In this document: positions 1-9,418 of the stretch, one piece after another | Layout of the letters: each line of letters begins with the position of its first letter | Position numbering within the stretch: the stretch's first letter is position 1 | IMG/VR virus record: IMGVR_UViG_3300045557_000066 | Coordinates: 1-43,126 of that record | Source: a virus | Taxonomy: Duplodnaviria > Caudoviricetes | Reading direction: 5' to 3' (one strand) | DNA: 43,126 nucleotides | Position numbers and translations under genes: made by a program | Notes under the pieces: generated by a model | The model's input: only the letters and a program-made list of their open reading frames with translations | Told to the model about the DNA's origin: nothing | The model's database searches: none

Positions 1-1323
1 TTAATCCCTCCCCAAGCACAAATATGTTGCTTCGATCACTTCAGCAATTGTGCCACAATAAAAATTCGGAGTATTCCGAACAAACATGTTCTCGCAGCAA
101 TGAAATGGATCAAAAACAATAGTTGGCTTGCCTGTCTGCTTAAACATGCCTAACTCAACAAGAGTTCCAGGGTCATTGAATAATAAAACTGCAATCAATA
201 GGCTGCAACTCTCTAATAGTTTAAGATCTTTTTGATATAGAATGAGTTCATCTTTGCTGGCCAGTTCTTTGTGTGCCAAGCCGTTCTCCCGCACCGGGAG
301 TCTTGGATTAAAGTTATGATAAAGCAAACTTTCATTGAGCCTGTCAAGCAGTCTAGTGTCGATGCCCGGGAAATCAGGCGCAGCTAAATAAATGTTTATC
401 TTTTTTCTTTCAATCCAGGGCAGGCGGATACCCACTAATTCAGTTAATTCATCAATGTTGTTGTAAACAATAAGTGCGTTCTCACGAAAGCTCTCATAGC
501 TCATAGTTTCAGCATATTTCGCAGAGCAAAGAGCCGCCAGCCGCATTCTTTTTTTAATATCTGATCCAAACAAGTTGCTTATATAAATCGAATTGTAAAC
601 ATCTCCAACCCCAACCGAATGCATCGTTGGAACGTAATACGAAGCTGCCTCATATTGGGTGTTTTCTCCTGGAAAAAAACAAAATGATCCGCCGCGATTT
701 TCTTTAACGAGAAACTGGTGAATTTGATAGTCTTTAAAATACTTAACTAAACCCTCAATGCATCCATCGCAGGTTATTCTATAAAATTCTGACGATGTTG
801 ATAAAATAACCGACTCGATTTCCCTGTTTACTCCATCAAGAATATTTTGGCCATCATAATGATAATCAATGTGTATTTTGCCAGTAAAATTATAAAGTCC
901 TTTTAGTATACTTGAAGTATCGTATCTGCCAGGGAAAATCAAAATGTCAGTTGGATTAACTATGTTGAGAATATTACATATAGTATCTTGGTCAATATAA
1001 ACAGCCTGGTCTTTGATAATATTATAATATCCTTGATCCCCCGCTTCTTGGGATTCGTTGATTAACATTACATTTGGGGCTTTATTGATACTGCCAAGTT
1101 TATAGCAACCCATTGTATTCAAATGGAATGACCATGCATTAATATCTTCATCCAAGTAGTCAGGAGCGTAATATGCTAGCGTATAATTCAATCCCAAAGC
1201 AGCAAATGCCCTCGCCGAATGAAATATACCGCCAAGTCTTACAACTGGCCCATTTTCAGCAATTATATCAAGGTGGGTATCAATAAATACCTCTCCAATG
1301 ATAAGAACCTTTTGTTTATGCAT
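1..1323 (-). CDS. PfkB/ribokinase-family kinase fused to a C-terminal nucleoside 2-deoxyribosyltransferase (NDT)-like domain
   Basis: N-terminal IIGEVFID...LGG and SVGVGD (PfkB anion-hole-like motif); C-terminal IYLAAPDF...D..LL..CSLLIAV...DPGTLVELG typical of the NDT fold. Confidence 0.8.
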   Translation of the reverse strand: MHKQKVLIIGEVFIDTHLDIIAENGPVVRLGGIFHSARAFAALGLNYTLAYYAPDYLDEDINAWSFHLNTMGCYKLGSINKAPNVMLINESQEAGDQGYYNIIKDQAVYIDQDTICNILNIVNPTDILIFPGRYDTSSILKGLYNFTGKIHIDYHYDGQNILDGVNREIESVILSTSSEFYRITCDGCIEGLVKYFKDYQIHQFLVKENRGGSFCFFPGENTQYEAASYYVPTMHSVGVGDVYNSIYISNLFGSDIKKRMRLAALCSAKYAETMSYESFRENALIVYNNIDELTELVGIRLPWIERKKINIYLAAPDFPGIDTRLLDRLNESLLYHNFNPRLPVRENGLAHKELASKDELILYQKDLKLLESCSLLIAVLLFNDPGTLVELGMFKQTGKPTIVFDPFHCCENMFVRNTPNFYCGTIAEVIEATYLCLGRD

Positions 1324-1717
1324 TGAGAGTCACCACAACAAACGGAACTGGTGTTACATCTGCGGCAATAACCACCCCCGAATATATAATCCCTTTTTTC
1401 ATACAGTTATATAAATAATTGTATTGTGTTGGGAGGTTCCCTAAAGTCTCTCCATTGGATCTGGACTTTACTACCAATCTCCCGTTATTAATAGCATTGT
1501 GTAGTGTGACGATGTCCCCAGCCGGTGGCAACTGTTGATTATTAATATAATAGTCTGAGATTGCAACATCCTCAAGTCGAATATTCTCAATGATTGATGG
1601 ACATTCAATTTCCCTTGGTTTGTCGTCGTTACTAGAGCCGGCAGGCCCTAAACCGCCCGTGGATTGACCTGCTCCAATACGATACGTACCAAACTTTCCA
1701 GATCCTGATGAACCCAT
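1316..1717 (-). CDS. Small protein with Gly/Ser-rich N-terminus (MGSSGSGKFG) and possible HIRAN-like C-terminal domain
   Basis: 133-aa ORF, RBS AGGAGG, overlaps the start of the PfkB-NDT gene; GETLGNLP...GIIYSGVV resembles the HIRAN G-x-x-I/L-G-Y-L-P segment (inference). Confidence 0.7.
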   Translation of the reverse strand: MGSSGSGKFGTYRIGAGQSTGGLGPAGSSNDDKPREIECPSIIENIRLEDVAISDYYINNQQLPPAGDIVTLHNAINNGRLVVKSRSNGETLGNLPTQYNYLYNCMKKGIIYSGVVIAADVTPVPFVVVTLNA

Positions 1718-1756
1718 ATCTGTACCCTCCTACCAATTAAAACAACTGATGTCACC

Positions 1757-1786
1757 ATTATAAGACTCAGTTATTCTGTTTAGCAA
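1757..1786 (-). promoter_or_regulatory. Sigma-A-like promoter of the PfkB-NDT operon
   Basis: TTGCTA-N18-TATAAT on the minus strand. Confidence 0.55.
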
Positions 1787-1877
1787 GTGAATAATATCAA
1801 TGGGTAGTAAACACAAGAAACTTTAGTCCATCTTATTAGGCTGGTTGTCCTTACCCTGCGGGCTCCTATTATTATCT

Positions 1878-3464
1878 TCAAATCTTCCGAATAACCTTCC
1901 TCCCATCATGCAGCACAAACTCAATCCTCCCATCCAACTCAACCATCACTTTTTCAACAAAGACATTCCATAATCCTATATCAAAGGCCCCATCCGCTAT
2001 CGAAAGCCCTTCGATTGTGGATAAGTATTTTCCTATGATTTCTCGTCTCCTAAGCAAGCTCTCAAGCTCGGATTCCAATTCCGCAAGATCCTTGTACTTC
2101 CTGTCATATTCTTCGGCCAATGGAATATATCGTTTGTTATACGCATCCTGATTAAGAGGCTTTCTGGCATTTTCCGCAACGCAGGCTTTTATATCCCGCT
2201 CAAGGTGTTCAAGCTTATCCTTCGCCGTTCGAATTTTCCGTTCCGATTTTTCGGGCGAAAGCACTTCTTTCAGAATCTGTTCCAAGTTGATCTTAATGCT
2301 CTCCCTGTTTTCCAAAACCTCCGAAACAACAGACATGAAGGCATTCTTTATATCATCCTCATATAAATGAGGAGTCCGGCATTTGTGCTCACTTTGGAAT
2401 TTATGATTGCATTGCCATACCACCCTTTTATATTTACTAGTCGAATGCCAGAGCTTCGGCCCAAATTGGCTACCACACTCCCCACAAATAATCCGCCCGG
2501 AAAAGCAGTTGGCAGTCGAAATGAGACCGGGAGTCTCTTTCCGTCTTTTGAGTTCTTCCTGTGCCAGAAGGTATTGCTCGGCTGTAACGATAGCGGGATG
2601 TGAGTTTTCCACAAAGTATTTTGGAACCTCCCCTTCGTTTTCTTTTGTCTTTTTGGTTAGATAATCAACCGTGTACCGCTTTTGTAGAATCGCATTGCCG
2701 CGGTACTTTTCATTTATCAATATGCTTTTAACAGTGGTGGAGTGCCATTGGTCCTTACCGCCTGGGGTCTTGATGCCTTGCCCTGTCAGATGCTTTGCGA
2801 TAGAGTTGCAGGACCAGCCTTCCAAGAATAATCTATATATCAGACGGATAATTTTGGCTTCGCTCTCTACAATTTTAGGAAGGCCATCCTCGCCTTTTTC
2901 ATATCCTAGAAATTGTTTATACGGCAGGCTGACCTTGCCATCGGAAAATCGCTTTCTAATGCCCCAGGTCACGTTGGAACTAAGGGACAGGGATTCCTGC
3001 TGGGCAAAGGAAGATAGAATGGTAATCAGCATTTCCCCTTTGCTGTCCAGGGTATAGATGTTTTCCTTTTCAAAATACACCTCAACGTCAAATTCTTTCA
3101 ACTTACGGATTGTTGTCAGGCAGTCCACCGTATTTCTGGCAAACCGGGATATGGACTTTGTGATTATAAGTTCCACCTTGCCATCCAGCGCATCTGTGAC
3201 CATCCGGTTGAAGCCTTCCCTTTTTTTCATGGAGGTGGCTGAAATCCCTTCGTCCGTATAAATCCCAACAAACTCCCAAGAAGGATTGGCTTTTATGTGC
3301 TTTGTAAAATAATCGACCTGGGCCTCGTAACTTGTAAGCTGCTCCTCGCTTGAGGTGCTGACCCTGGCGTAGGCTGCCACCTTTCGTTTGCTCGGCGCGA
3401 TGACTTCAATAGGGGTCCGACTTCTAACCCCTTCCACTTTTGTGATTCGCTTTGCCTGCTGCAT
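1878..3464 (-). CDS. Large serine recombinase (integrase) with recombinase domain, zinc ribbon and coiled coil
   Basis: YARVST catalytic motif, TKSISRFARN, CGECG...C zinc ribbon. Confidence 0.95.
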   Translation of the reverse strand: MQQAKRITKVEGVRSRTPIEVIAPSKRKVAAYARVSTSSEEQLTSYEAQVDYFTKHIKANPSWEFVGIYTDEGISATSMKKREGFNRMVTDALDGKVELIITKSISRFARNTVDCLTTIRKLKEFDVEVYFEKENIYTLDSKGEMLITILSSFAQQESLSLSSNVTWGIRKRFSDGKVSLPYKQFLGYEKGEDGLPKIVESEAKIIRLIYRLFLEGWSCNSIAKHLTGQGIKTPGGKDQWHSTTVKSILINEKYRGNAILQKRYTVDYLTKKTKENEGEVPKYFVENSHPAIVTAEQYLLAQEELKRRKETPGLISTANCFSGRIICGECGSQFGPKLWHSTSKYKRVVWQCNHKFQSEHKCRTPHLYEDDIKNAFMSVVSEVLENRESIKINLEQILKEVLSPEKSERKIRTAKDKLEHLERDIKACVAENARKPLNQDAYNKRYIPLAEEYDRKYKDLAELESELESLLRRREIIGKYLSTIEGLSIADGAFDIGLWNVFVEKVMVELDGRIEFVLHDGRKVIRKI

Positions 3465-4707
3465 TTAATGACCTCCTTCTTGCTTCTTCTTTCATCTCAA
3501 CAGTCCAGCTTTCTTTTCTGGATCTGTTTTGCCATTTTTTATTAACTACCTTCCCTGATTTTAGGTAAAATGCAAGCTCGCCCTCCCCAACATCGCGAAT
3601 TTCCGAAATGTCCAAGTCGCCTGCCAGATCAATCAAAATGTTTTCCGGTATCCGTTTGGAAGGGCACGCGTCTTTGCCATATCGAAGGTATCTGCTGCAG
3701 ATCCATGCTGCCTTCCCATGTGTGGTTTTTCTCGTATACCTGCATCCACAGTACGGACAAATTATTTTCCCCGATAATGGGTGAGCTTTTGGCGCAACCC
3801 TGCCTTGATTTCTTTTTCTGCTCTCCGACATTTTCTCATTTGCCAACGTAAAGGTGTCTAAATCAATGATTGCCGGGTGGGTTCCTTCAGCAAAGTACAT
3901 TGGAAGGGTGCCACGGTTCTTCACTTCCTTCTTTGTCAGGTGATCCACCACATACTTTTTTTGTAGCAATGCGTTACCGGCATACTTTTCATTTCGTATC
4001 ATCTTAATGATCCTGTCTTCGCTCCATGCGCCACCTAAATATGCCGGGATGTTTTTCCCATTTAAAAAGGATGCTATACTTTTGCATCCCATTCCTTTTA
4101 AATATTCACTGAAAATGAATCTCACCACTTCCGCCTGTTTTGGCTCTATTTCAATTTCACCTTTTCGTATTTGGTAGCCATAAAGAAAATTAAGGCCGTA
4201 GATTCTCCCCTCCTCATACCCATTTCTAATCCGCCACTTGCAGTTGTCGCTTACTTGCCGGCTTTCTTCCTGAGCGCAGGATGCGAAAATCGATAGCATC
4301 ATTTCCCCGTCGGAACTGATTGTTCGTATGTTTTCCTGTTCAAACCAAATATCCACAGATAACATTTTCAGTTCACGGGAAACCGATAGGAGCGTCAGGG
4401 TATTTCGGGCAAACCTTGAAATGGACTTTGTAAGAACAAGGTCAATCTTTCCTGACCGGCAATCAGCAAGAAGCCTTTGGAATTCTTGCCTATCCTCTTT
4501 GGTGCCTGTTTCGGCTTCATCGGCATAGACTCCTGCATATTCCCAGAAGGGATTGGCCTGGATATAGCCACTGTAATGACTCACCTGGGCAGATAAGGAA
4601 TTAAGCATGCTTTCCTTTTCTGTTGACACACGGCAGTAGGCGGCCACCCTTTTTTTCTTTGGCAGCGCAGCCATTTTTGGCTCTATTTTGCGAATAATTC
4701 TAGTCAA
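3424..4707 (-). CDS. Large serine recombinase, shorter paralog lacking the coiled coil
   Basis: YCRVST, TKSISRFARN, CPYCG...C; TTG start with RBS GGAGGTG. Confidence 0.93.
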   Translation of the reverse strand: MTRIIRKIEPKMAALPKKKRVAAYCRVSTEKESMLNSLSAQVSHYSGYIQANPFWEYAGVYADEAETGTKEDRQEFQRLLADCRSGKIDLVLTKSISRFARNTLTLLSVSRELKMLSVDIWFEQENIRTISSDGEMMLSIFASCAQEESRQVSDNCKWRIRNGYEEGRIYGLNFLYGYQIRKGEIEIEPKQAEVVRFIFSEYLKGMGCKSIASFLNGKNIPAYLGGAWSEDRIIKMIRNEKYAGNALLQKKYVVDHLTKKEVKNRGTLPMYFAEGTHPAIIDLDTFTLANEKMSESRKRNQGRVAPKAHPLSGKIICPYCGCRYTRKTTHGKAAWICSRYLRYGKDACPSKRIPENILIDLAGDLDISEIRDVGEGELAFYLKSGKVVNKKWQNRSRKESWTVEMKEEARRRSLNAAGKANHKSGRG

Positions 4708-4728
4708 ATTATCACCTCCCAGAGTGTC

Positions 4729-4757
4729 ATGTTAGTTCTAGTATCCAGTTTTATCAA
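4729..4757 (-). promoter_or_regulatory. Putative promoter of the recombinase pair
   Basis: TTGATA-N17-TAACAT; the -35 overlaps the stop codon of the gene remnant at 4754-4849. Confidence 0.5.
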
Positions 4758-4849
4758 GTTATATCAGACCCAAGAGAGGATATAACAGGGGCATATTTTT
4801 GAAGGTGAAGCCGCTTTACCTTATCAAATTCAGCTCTGGTAAGAAAGCT
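4754..4849 (-). pseudogene. Remnant duplicate of the 3' half of the SHOCT-like gene at 8790-8960
   Basis: Translates to SFLTRAEFDKVKRLHLQKYAPVISSLGSDIT*, 18/31 identical without gaps to GLLTRIEYEKLNRVLLQKYSPVISSLAPDMT*; in-frame TAG shortly upstream and no RBS. Confidence 0.85.
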
Positions 4850-4876
4850 CACGGATAACGGATTTGTAGAGCAAGT

Positions 4877-4915
4877 AAAAAAAGATCGCTATAATTTCAA
4901 ATTTTAGCGATCTTT
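4877..4915 (-). terminator. Intrinsic terminator after the amidase-like gene
   Basis: 11-bp stem AAAGATCGCTA/TAGCGATCTTT followed by a T run on the minus strand. Confidence 0.7.
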
Positions 4916-5020
4916 ATTACTCTTTAGTATAGGACCAATTTCAGGCGCACTCATATTTTACATTATCAAAATGCCTTTTGATATTTAACTATTGTTTCTG
5001 CTATCCGATTTAGTGTTTCC

Positions 5021-6181
5021 TTAATTAATGATTCCATATCTTGGAGTATCATAATCAAGATGGATTGCATCCCATCCGTTGGTGTTGCTATTTACCCAAG
5101 CATGATAATCTGAAGAATGCTGTGCAACTTTGAAATTATAATATGTTACACCGTTAGTGGTGTATTGTGTTGTACTCGTTGCAGTAACAAACCCCATATG
5201 ATCCCAGCTCCCATCATTTTCATAATCAACACCGATATAGCTCCCTGCGGCAACTCTGTCGGAAAAGGTGTTAAACGAAAATGTATTTGATCTAACGCCA
5301 AAATACGATCTAAAGTCATTGGCAATGCGCCAGCTTCTCGAACTTTGCTTTGTGTAGTCAAATGAAAACCACCAACCAGTATTTTGGTTCCCAGTATAGT
5401 TTATCGCCGTCCCCCCTGCATATTTGATCTGTGAAACAAAGTTTGTGCAGTCGGCATCGTCCCCATAATTTGCATATACAGGGTTGTGGCTTGTGGCCCA
5501 GGTGGTTGCATATGAAATTGCATTACTTGTGCTGTATGCTAGTGCGACCATTGAAGTGTCGCCCTCGCTAATAACTGGAAAGGCATTATCATACGGCAAT
5601 GCTTTCAATACTTCTGTCGTCACGGAAGCATCAGCAACGCTGAATATATCTTGTCCAGTTTCTTCTGAGTTCTTTTGCAAACTGCTAAGAATTCTATAAT
5701 TTTCTGCTGTATTTTCATAGATATCAAAAAAACCCACCAATTTTGGTATCATCTTATGAAGCAGAAATTTCTTATCACCTTTAGAATAAATTTTAGCTAG
5801 GTAATCAGTATAGCTTGTAATCTTTTTTTGGTAACTCAGCCACGAATTCTCATCGAACGCTGGCAAACCATACAAAACTTGCATACCGGATAGTATTTCA
5901 CCTGTAAATTCGCTTACTGCAGCTAATGCCTTATTTGGGTCATCAAATGTTGGATAGAGATTGTATGTACTACCATTAACATTGATTGCTTCCGCATAAG
6001 ATATGCTTCCTAAATCTTTGATCTCAGCTGATGACTTAAACGGTTTAGTTCCATTTTCAAGACTGATAACACTAATGACATCACAACTTTTTTCAGTACT
6101 GATGCTGCTGGCAAATGAAATACTGTAGGAACAAGAAACCAATATCATTGCCAATAAAAAACACGAAATCTTTCTTCTCAT
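5021..6181 (-). CDS. Secreted protein with C-terminal putative amidase (Amidase_6-like) domain
   Basis: Signal peptide MRRKISCFLLAMILV...SFA; AISYATTW...NPVY...DCTNFVSQ...AGG and DHMG motifs; start set at the ATG after RBS GGAGGA. Confidence 0.8.
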   Translation of the reverse strand: MRRKISCFLLAMILVSCSYSISFASSISTEKSCDVISVISLENGTKPFKSSAEIKDLGSISYAEAINVNGSTYNLYPTFDDPNKALAAVSEFTGEILSGMQVLYGLPAFDENSWLSYQKKITSYTDYLAKIYSKGDKKFLLHKMIPKLVGFFDIYENTAENYRILSSLQKNSEETGQDIFSVADASVTTEVLKALPYDNAFPVISEGDTSMVALAYSTSNAISYATTWATSHNPVYANYGDDADCTNFVSQIKYAGGTAINYTGNQNTGWWFSFDYTKQSSRSWRIANDFRSYFGVRSNTFSFNTFSDRVAAGSYIGVDYENDGSWDHMGFVTATSTTQYTTNGVTYYNFKVAQHSSDYHAWVNSNTNGWDAIHLDYDTPRYGIIN

Positions 6182-6275
6182 AATAAATCCTCCCAATAAG
6201 ATACTCCCGAAATTAATCCTGTTAATATATTATCATAGTTTTTGTAAATTGCAATGTATAATATTCTGACTATTC

Positions 6276-6322
6276 AAAAAATAACACGAAGCCTAAATTA
6301 TATATGCCTCATGTTATTTTTT
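6276..6322 (-). terminator. Putative intrinsic terminator after the membrane-protein gene
   Basis: Imperfect inverted repeat AAAAATAACA.../...TGTTATTTTT. Confidence 0.5.
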
Positions 6323-6347
6323 CGTTACCTCGAAATCAGGGAGTAAT

Positions 6348-7805
6348 TCATTTAATACTTGGATCAATATTCGAATAATGAATTAATTTTGTGCCACTTC
6401 CTGAATACATCATTTGTTCTGGAAAACCATTTGGGAGTCTAAAAGGAGTTTTAAAATGTAAGTAGCTTAACTCGCTGGAAGCTTTATCAACACTTTGAGG
6501 CTTTGATTTATATAGTATGAAACCCCTTTGTGATTGGGAATTAAATGGGTAACTCACTCCTCCCGTAATCCCTATGTTAATTATTTCGTGTGAAAAATCA
6601 TATATTTTAACTTGTCCTTGCTTAAGGCGGGGGATATCTGCAAAATAATCAATATTATTGAGTCTATATAGAAGTCTGCCATTGATTAATTCCATATTGT
6701 CTTGCCCATAAATAACAAACCCGTCATTCCAGTAGGCGCCGCCTTTTAGCCACTCAAAATACTCTATCACATATACGCTTTCATCTGATTGTAATAAAAA
6801 TATAGTTGTAACTTGCATATTAGCTTTGCTATATTTTTTTGATTCTAATGCTTTCTGCGCTTCGGTCCCTATGATATATAAATTCATATCAAAATTCATC
6901 TTTTCTTCAGTTACATATACTTTCACAGTATCTTTTAGCAAAACTAAATTATATGCCGAAAGGTCTTGCAGTATATTCGTTGGTACTCCTTTTTCTGCTA
7001 ATATGGTATAGGATGGCGGCGTTGGAAATATATATTCTTTGGCCTCAAGTTTTAAATGGTTGGTGCTATAACAAACAAGACCTACTAAGATACATGTAAT
7101 CATTATATAGCTCAATATTACAGTTCGCGATCCGAACCTTATTGAAGCATTTATAATGCTGTACCCAACGATGCCAAGGTTATCTTTAACAAGAAATAGA
7201 GTCTTGACTATCACTAAAAACAAAGCAATCATTAATGTCGAAGTCATCCAAACTAACATATCACTTACGTTTACAGGTAGAAAAGCCATTAATCCTATCA
7301 GCCCTATACAAATTGTTGAAAGTAGGAGATAGTCCCTGGGTTGCTTTAAACCGCAGTTGCCATATACAGTTAGAATTGCTTGTCGAAAAATTAGAAAAAT
7401 AGCCACACGATAGCATAGAAACACTATAGAAAATAACATTCCCATAAAGCTATATGAGCCTACCTCAAAATCATTTAACCAAGGAGATGCGAGACATATA
7501 TATAATAACAGCAGAACCACAAGAGTTACTATTGTAAGTAACCACGCTCTGTAAAACCATTTGTTTTCATTTTTTATGCTTCTATACCCTACTAAAATCA
7601 ATACTATCCCAATGTTTGGAAGAAGGTATTGAAGATGCAGCAAGTCGAGCTGAATGGATGATATAATCAGTCCCCAAACAATGTATGATATAGGCTTCGA
7701 AAAAGGGTTAACGCTTTTCAATGCCCTCTCCTCTGGAATGAAATCCTCAAGTTTTTCAATTAAATTTTTTTCAAATTCCTGATCATTCTTTTCCAATGTA
7801 TTCAT
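6348..7805 (-). CDS. Polytopic membrane protein, probable anti-sigma factor
   Basis: About 7 hydrophobic segments then a soluble C-terminal domain; directly downstream of an ECF sigma gene. Confidence 0.7.
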   Translation of the reverse strand: MNTLEKNDQEFEKNLIEKLEDFIPEERALKSVNPFSKPISYIVWGLIISSIQLDLLHLQYLLPNIGIVLILVGYRSIKNENKWFYRAWLLTIVTLVVLLLLYICLASPWLNDFEVGSYSFMGMLFSIVFLCYRVAIFLIFRQAILTVYGNCGLKQPRDYLLLSTICIGLIGLMAFLPVNVSDMLVWMTSTLMIALFLVIVKTLFLVKDNLGIVGYSIINASIRFGSRTVILSYIMITCILVGLVCYSTNHLKLEAKEYIFPTPPSYTILAEKGVPTNILQDLSAYNLVLLKDTVKVYVTEEKMNFDMNLYIIGTEAQKALESKKYSKANMQVTTIFLLQSDESVYVIEYFEWLKGGAYWNDGFVIYGQDNMELINGRLLYRLNNIDYFADIPRLKQGQVKIYDFSHEIINIGITGGVSYPFNSQSQRGFILYKSKPQSVDKASSELSYLHFKTPFRLPNGFPEQMMYSGSGTKLIHYSNIDPSIK

Positions 7806-7810
7806 AAGGT

Positions 7811-8326
7811 TCACCCCCATTGCCTTTCAATCTTTTTCTTTATCCTATATAATCGCCCCTCTGCTGCCCTCTCACTTATCCCCATCTCCGCGGCTATCAC
7901 TGAAATCGTCTGGAGAAAATAAAATTTTCTATAGAATAGTCTTTTATCATCTTCTGATAATTTGTTGATCGCACATATAAGACTTAACTGCGTTTCCTTT
8001 TCTAAAACCAACGCTTCAGGAGAATAAGCATCGCTGCCTTCCTCCTTAAGCTCGGTAGTGATGTCTTTACGTTTTTTCTTGTAATTTAGTGCTGTATTAC
8101 GAGCAATTACCGTTATCCAGGTTGAAAGGCTACCTTTCATCTGTTCATAAGTACTAATTTTGCGCCAAATTTGGTAATACACATCGCTAAGACACTCCTC
8201 TGCATCCCTTTCGTCAGTTAAAATACCTCTAATGACATAGCGGATCAAGTTCGAATATTGCATTTGCAACTTTAAAAGCCCATCTTCGTCTTCGTTTTCA
8301 ATAAGACTAATGATTAATTCATCCAA
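7811..8326 (-). CDS. ECF RNA polymerase sigma factor
   Basis: DAEECLSD, TWITVIARNTALN (region 2) and IAAEMGISERAAEGRLYRIK (region 4). Confidence 0.92.
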   Translation of the reverse strand: MDELIISLIENEDEDGLLKLQMQYSNLIRYVIRGILTDERDAEECLSDVYYQIWRKISTYEQMKGSLSTWITVIARNTALNYKKKRKDITTELKEEGSDAYSPEALVLEKETQLSLICAINKLSEDDKRLFYRKFYFLQTISVIAAEMGISERAAEGRLYRIKKKIERQWG

Positions 8327-8789
8327 TGGTTCGCCCCCTCATACTTCTACTATATAATACAACCATTCTTGTGAAATCCCACGAAAATCAGAGAAGCTTT
8401 TTTGTGCGATGTCCTACCAGTACTCTTTCAATGGGTGTTCTTGATTATGCAAAAAATTAGTAATTGTGATTGAAAGAGGCAAATGAATCATGGAATTTAT
8501 TCGTAACTATTGTTATTCCAAAAATTCATTATAGATTCAAAATACCATATGCTAACGATGATGTCAGCATTTTTTAATGTAATCATTATTCCCTGGCAAA
8601 CCATACCTTATATGACACATCAGAAATGACGTATCCAAATATGTATTTATTCTTATCTTCTTTCATAATTCCACTGGCACTATTATACCGCACCACCCCA
8701 CCAAAGCCGCTGAATGCAATAAACTATGGTTTGTTTTCTGGGTCCAATAATTTAATTTCGTATCAAGCGAATATAGTACCCCCCTTGTA

Positions 8790-8960
8790 TCAAGTCATAT
8801 CGGGTGCCAAGGAAGAAATTACAGGGGAATATTTTTGAAGTAGCACCCTATTAAGTTTTTCATATTCAATCCTTGTAAGAAGCCCCTCATCAAGCATCTT
8901 TTGCGCAATCCTCATGCTGACCCGAAATTCAAATTCCGCTTCCATCTGCTCTTTATTCAT
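8790..8960 (-). CDS. Small SHOCT-like protein usually found directly upstream of phage serine recombinases
   Basis: MLDEGLLTRIEYEKL motif; start MNKEQ with RBS GAAGGTG. Confidence 0.7.
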   Translation of the reverse strand: MNKEQMEAEFEFRVSMRIAQKMLDEGLLTRIEYEKLNRVLLQKYSPVISSLAPDMT

Positions 8961-9363
8961 TTGCACCTTCCTTTCCAAACCGGGCTTTAATATAGCACCC
9001 GTGACTGCAATATTTTTGCTTTCTGCTCTTGTAGCTAACAAAGTCCTTTCCGCAGCTGGCGCACTTGATCTGTAGTGAATCGGAATTTACAAGATTCTTA
9101 TGTGCCTTCCACCAAGCTCTTCTGCAGAATTCTTTGCAGAAGCGTTTCGACTTGCCGCGGCCTCCTCTTTTTAGTGGCTTTCCGCACTCCGCACAAAATG
9201 AGGGCGAAGCATGAGTTTCCTCCTTATCACCCCGCGCGGGCTGATGCCTTCGAAAATAGGATTTGATGGTGCTAGCCGGTATCCCGGTTTCTTTTGAAAT
9301 TTGCCCCATGCTCTTGCCATTTTTTCGAAGTACCTGGATTTCCTCTATTTGTCTTTTGTCCAT
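8953..9363 (-). CDS. HTH plus zinc-finger DNA-binding protein
   Basis: GKSMGQISKETGIPASTIKS HTH; CAECG, FCKEFCR, CASCG and YCSHGC motifs; start MDKRQ after RBS GGAGGA. Confidence 0.8.
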   Translation of the reverse strand: MDKRQIEEIQVLRKNGKSMGQISKETGIPASTIKSYFRRHQPARGDKEETHASPSFCAECGKPLKRGGRGKSKRFCKEFCRRAWWKAHKNLVNSDSLQIKCASCGKDFVSYKSRKQKYCSHGCYIKARFGKEGANE

Positions 9364-9377
9364 TTCTTCCTCCAAAG

Positions 9378-9404
9378 AAAAAAGAAGCGGCACTGGGCCG
9401 CTCC
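9378..9404 (-). terminator. Intrinsic terminator after the holin
   Basis: GGAGCGGC-ccagt-GCCGCTTC followed by TTTTTT. Confidence 0.7.
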
Positions 9405-9418
9405 TCCTTCATATTTAA

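Noticed and set aside
1718-1877. Possible att site after the recombinases
   Set aside because: No partner site is in the window and serine-integrase cores are too short to call; whether 1-1717 is inside the prophage is unresolved
8330-8790. Plus-strand 70-aa ORF (8626-8838) and a minus-strand ORF starting at 8666
   Set aside because: No convincing RBS; the minus ORF stops after 26 codons; treated as AT-rich intergenic DNA
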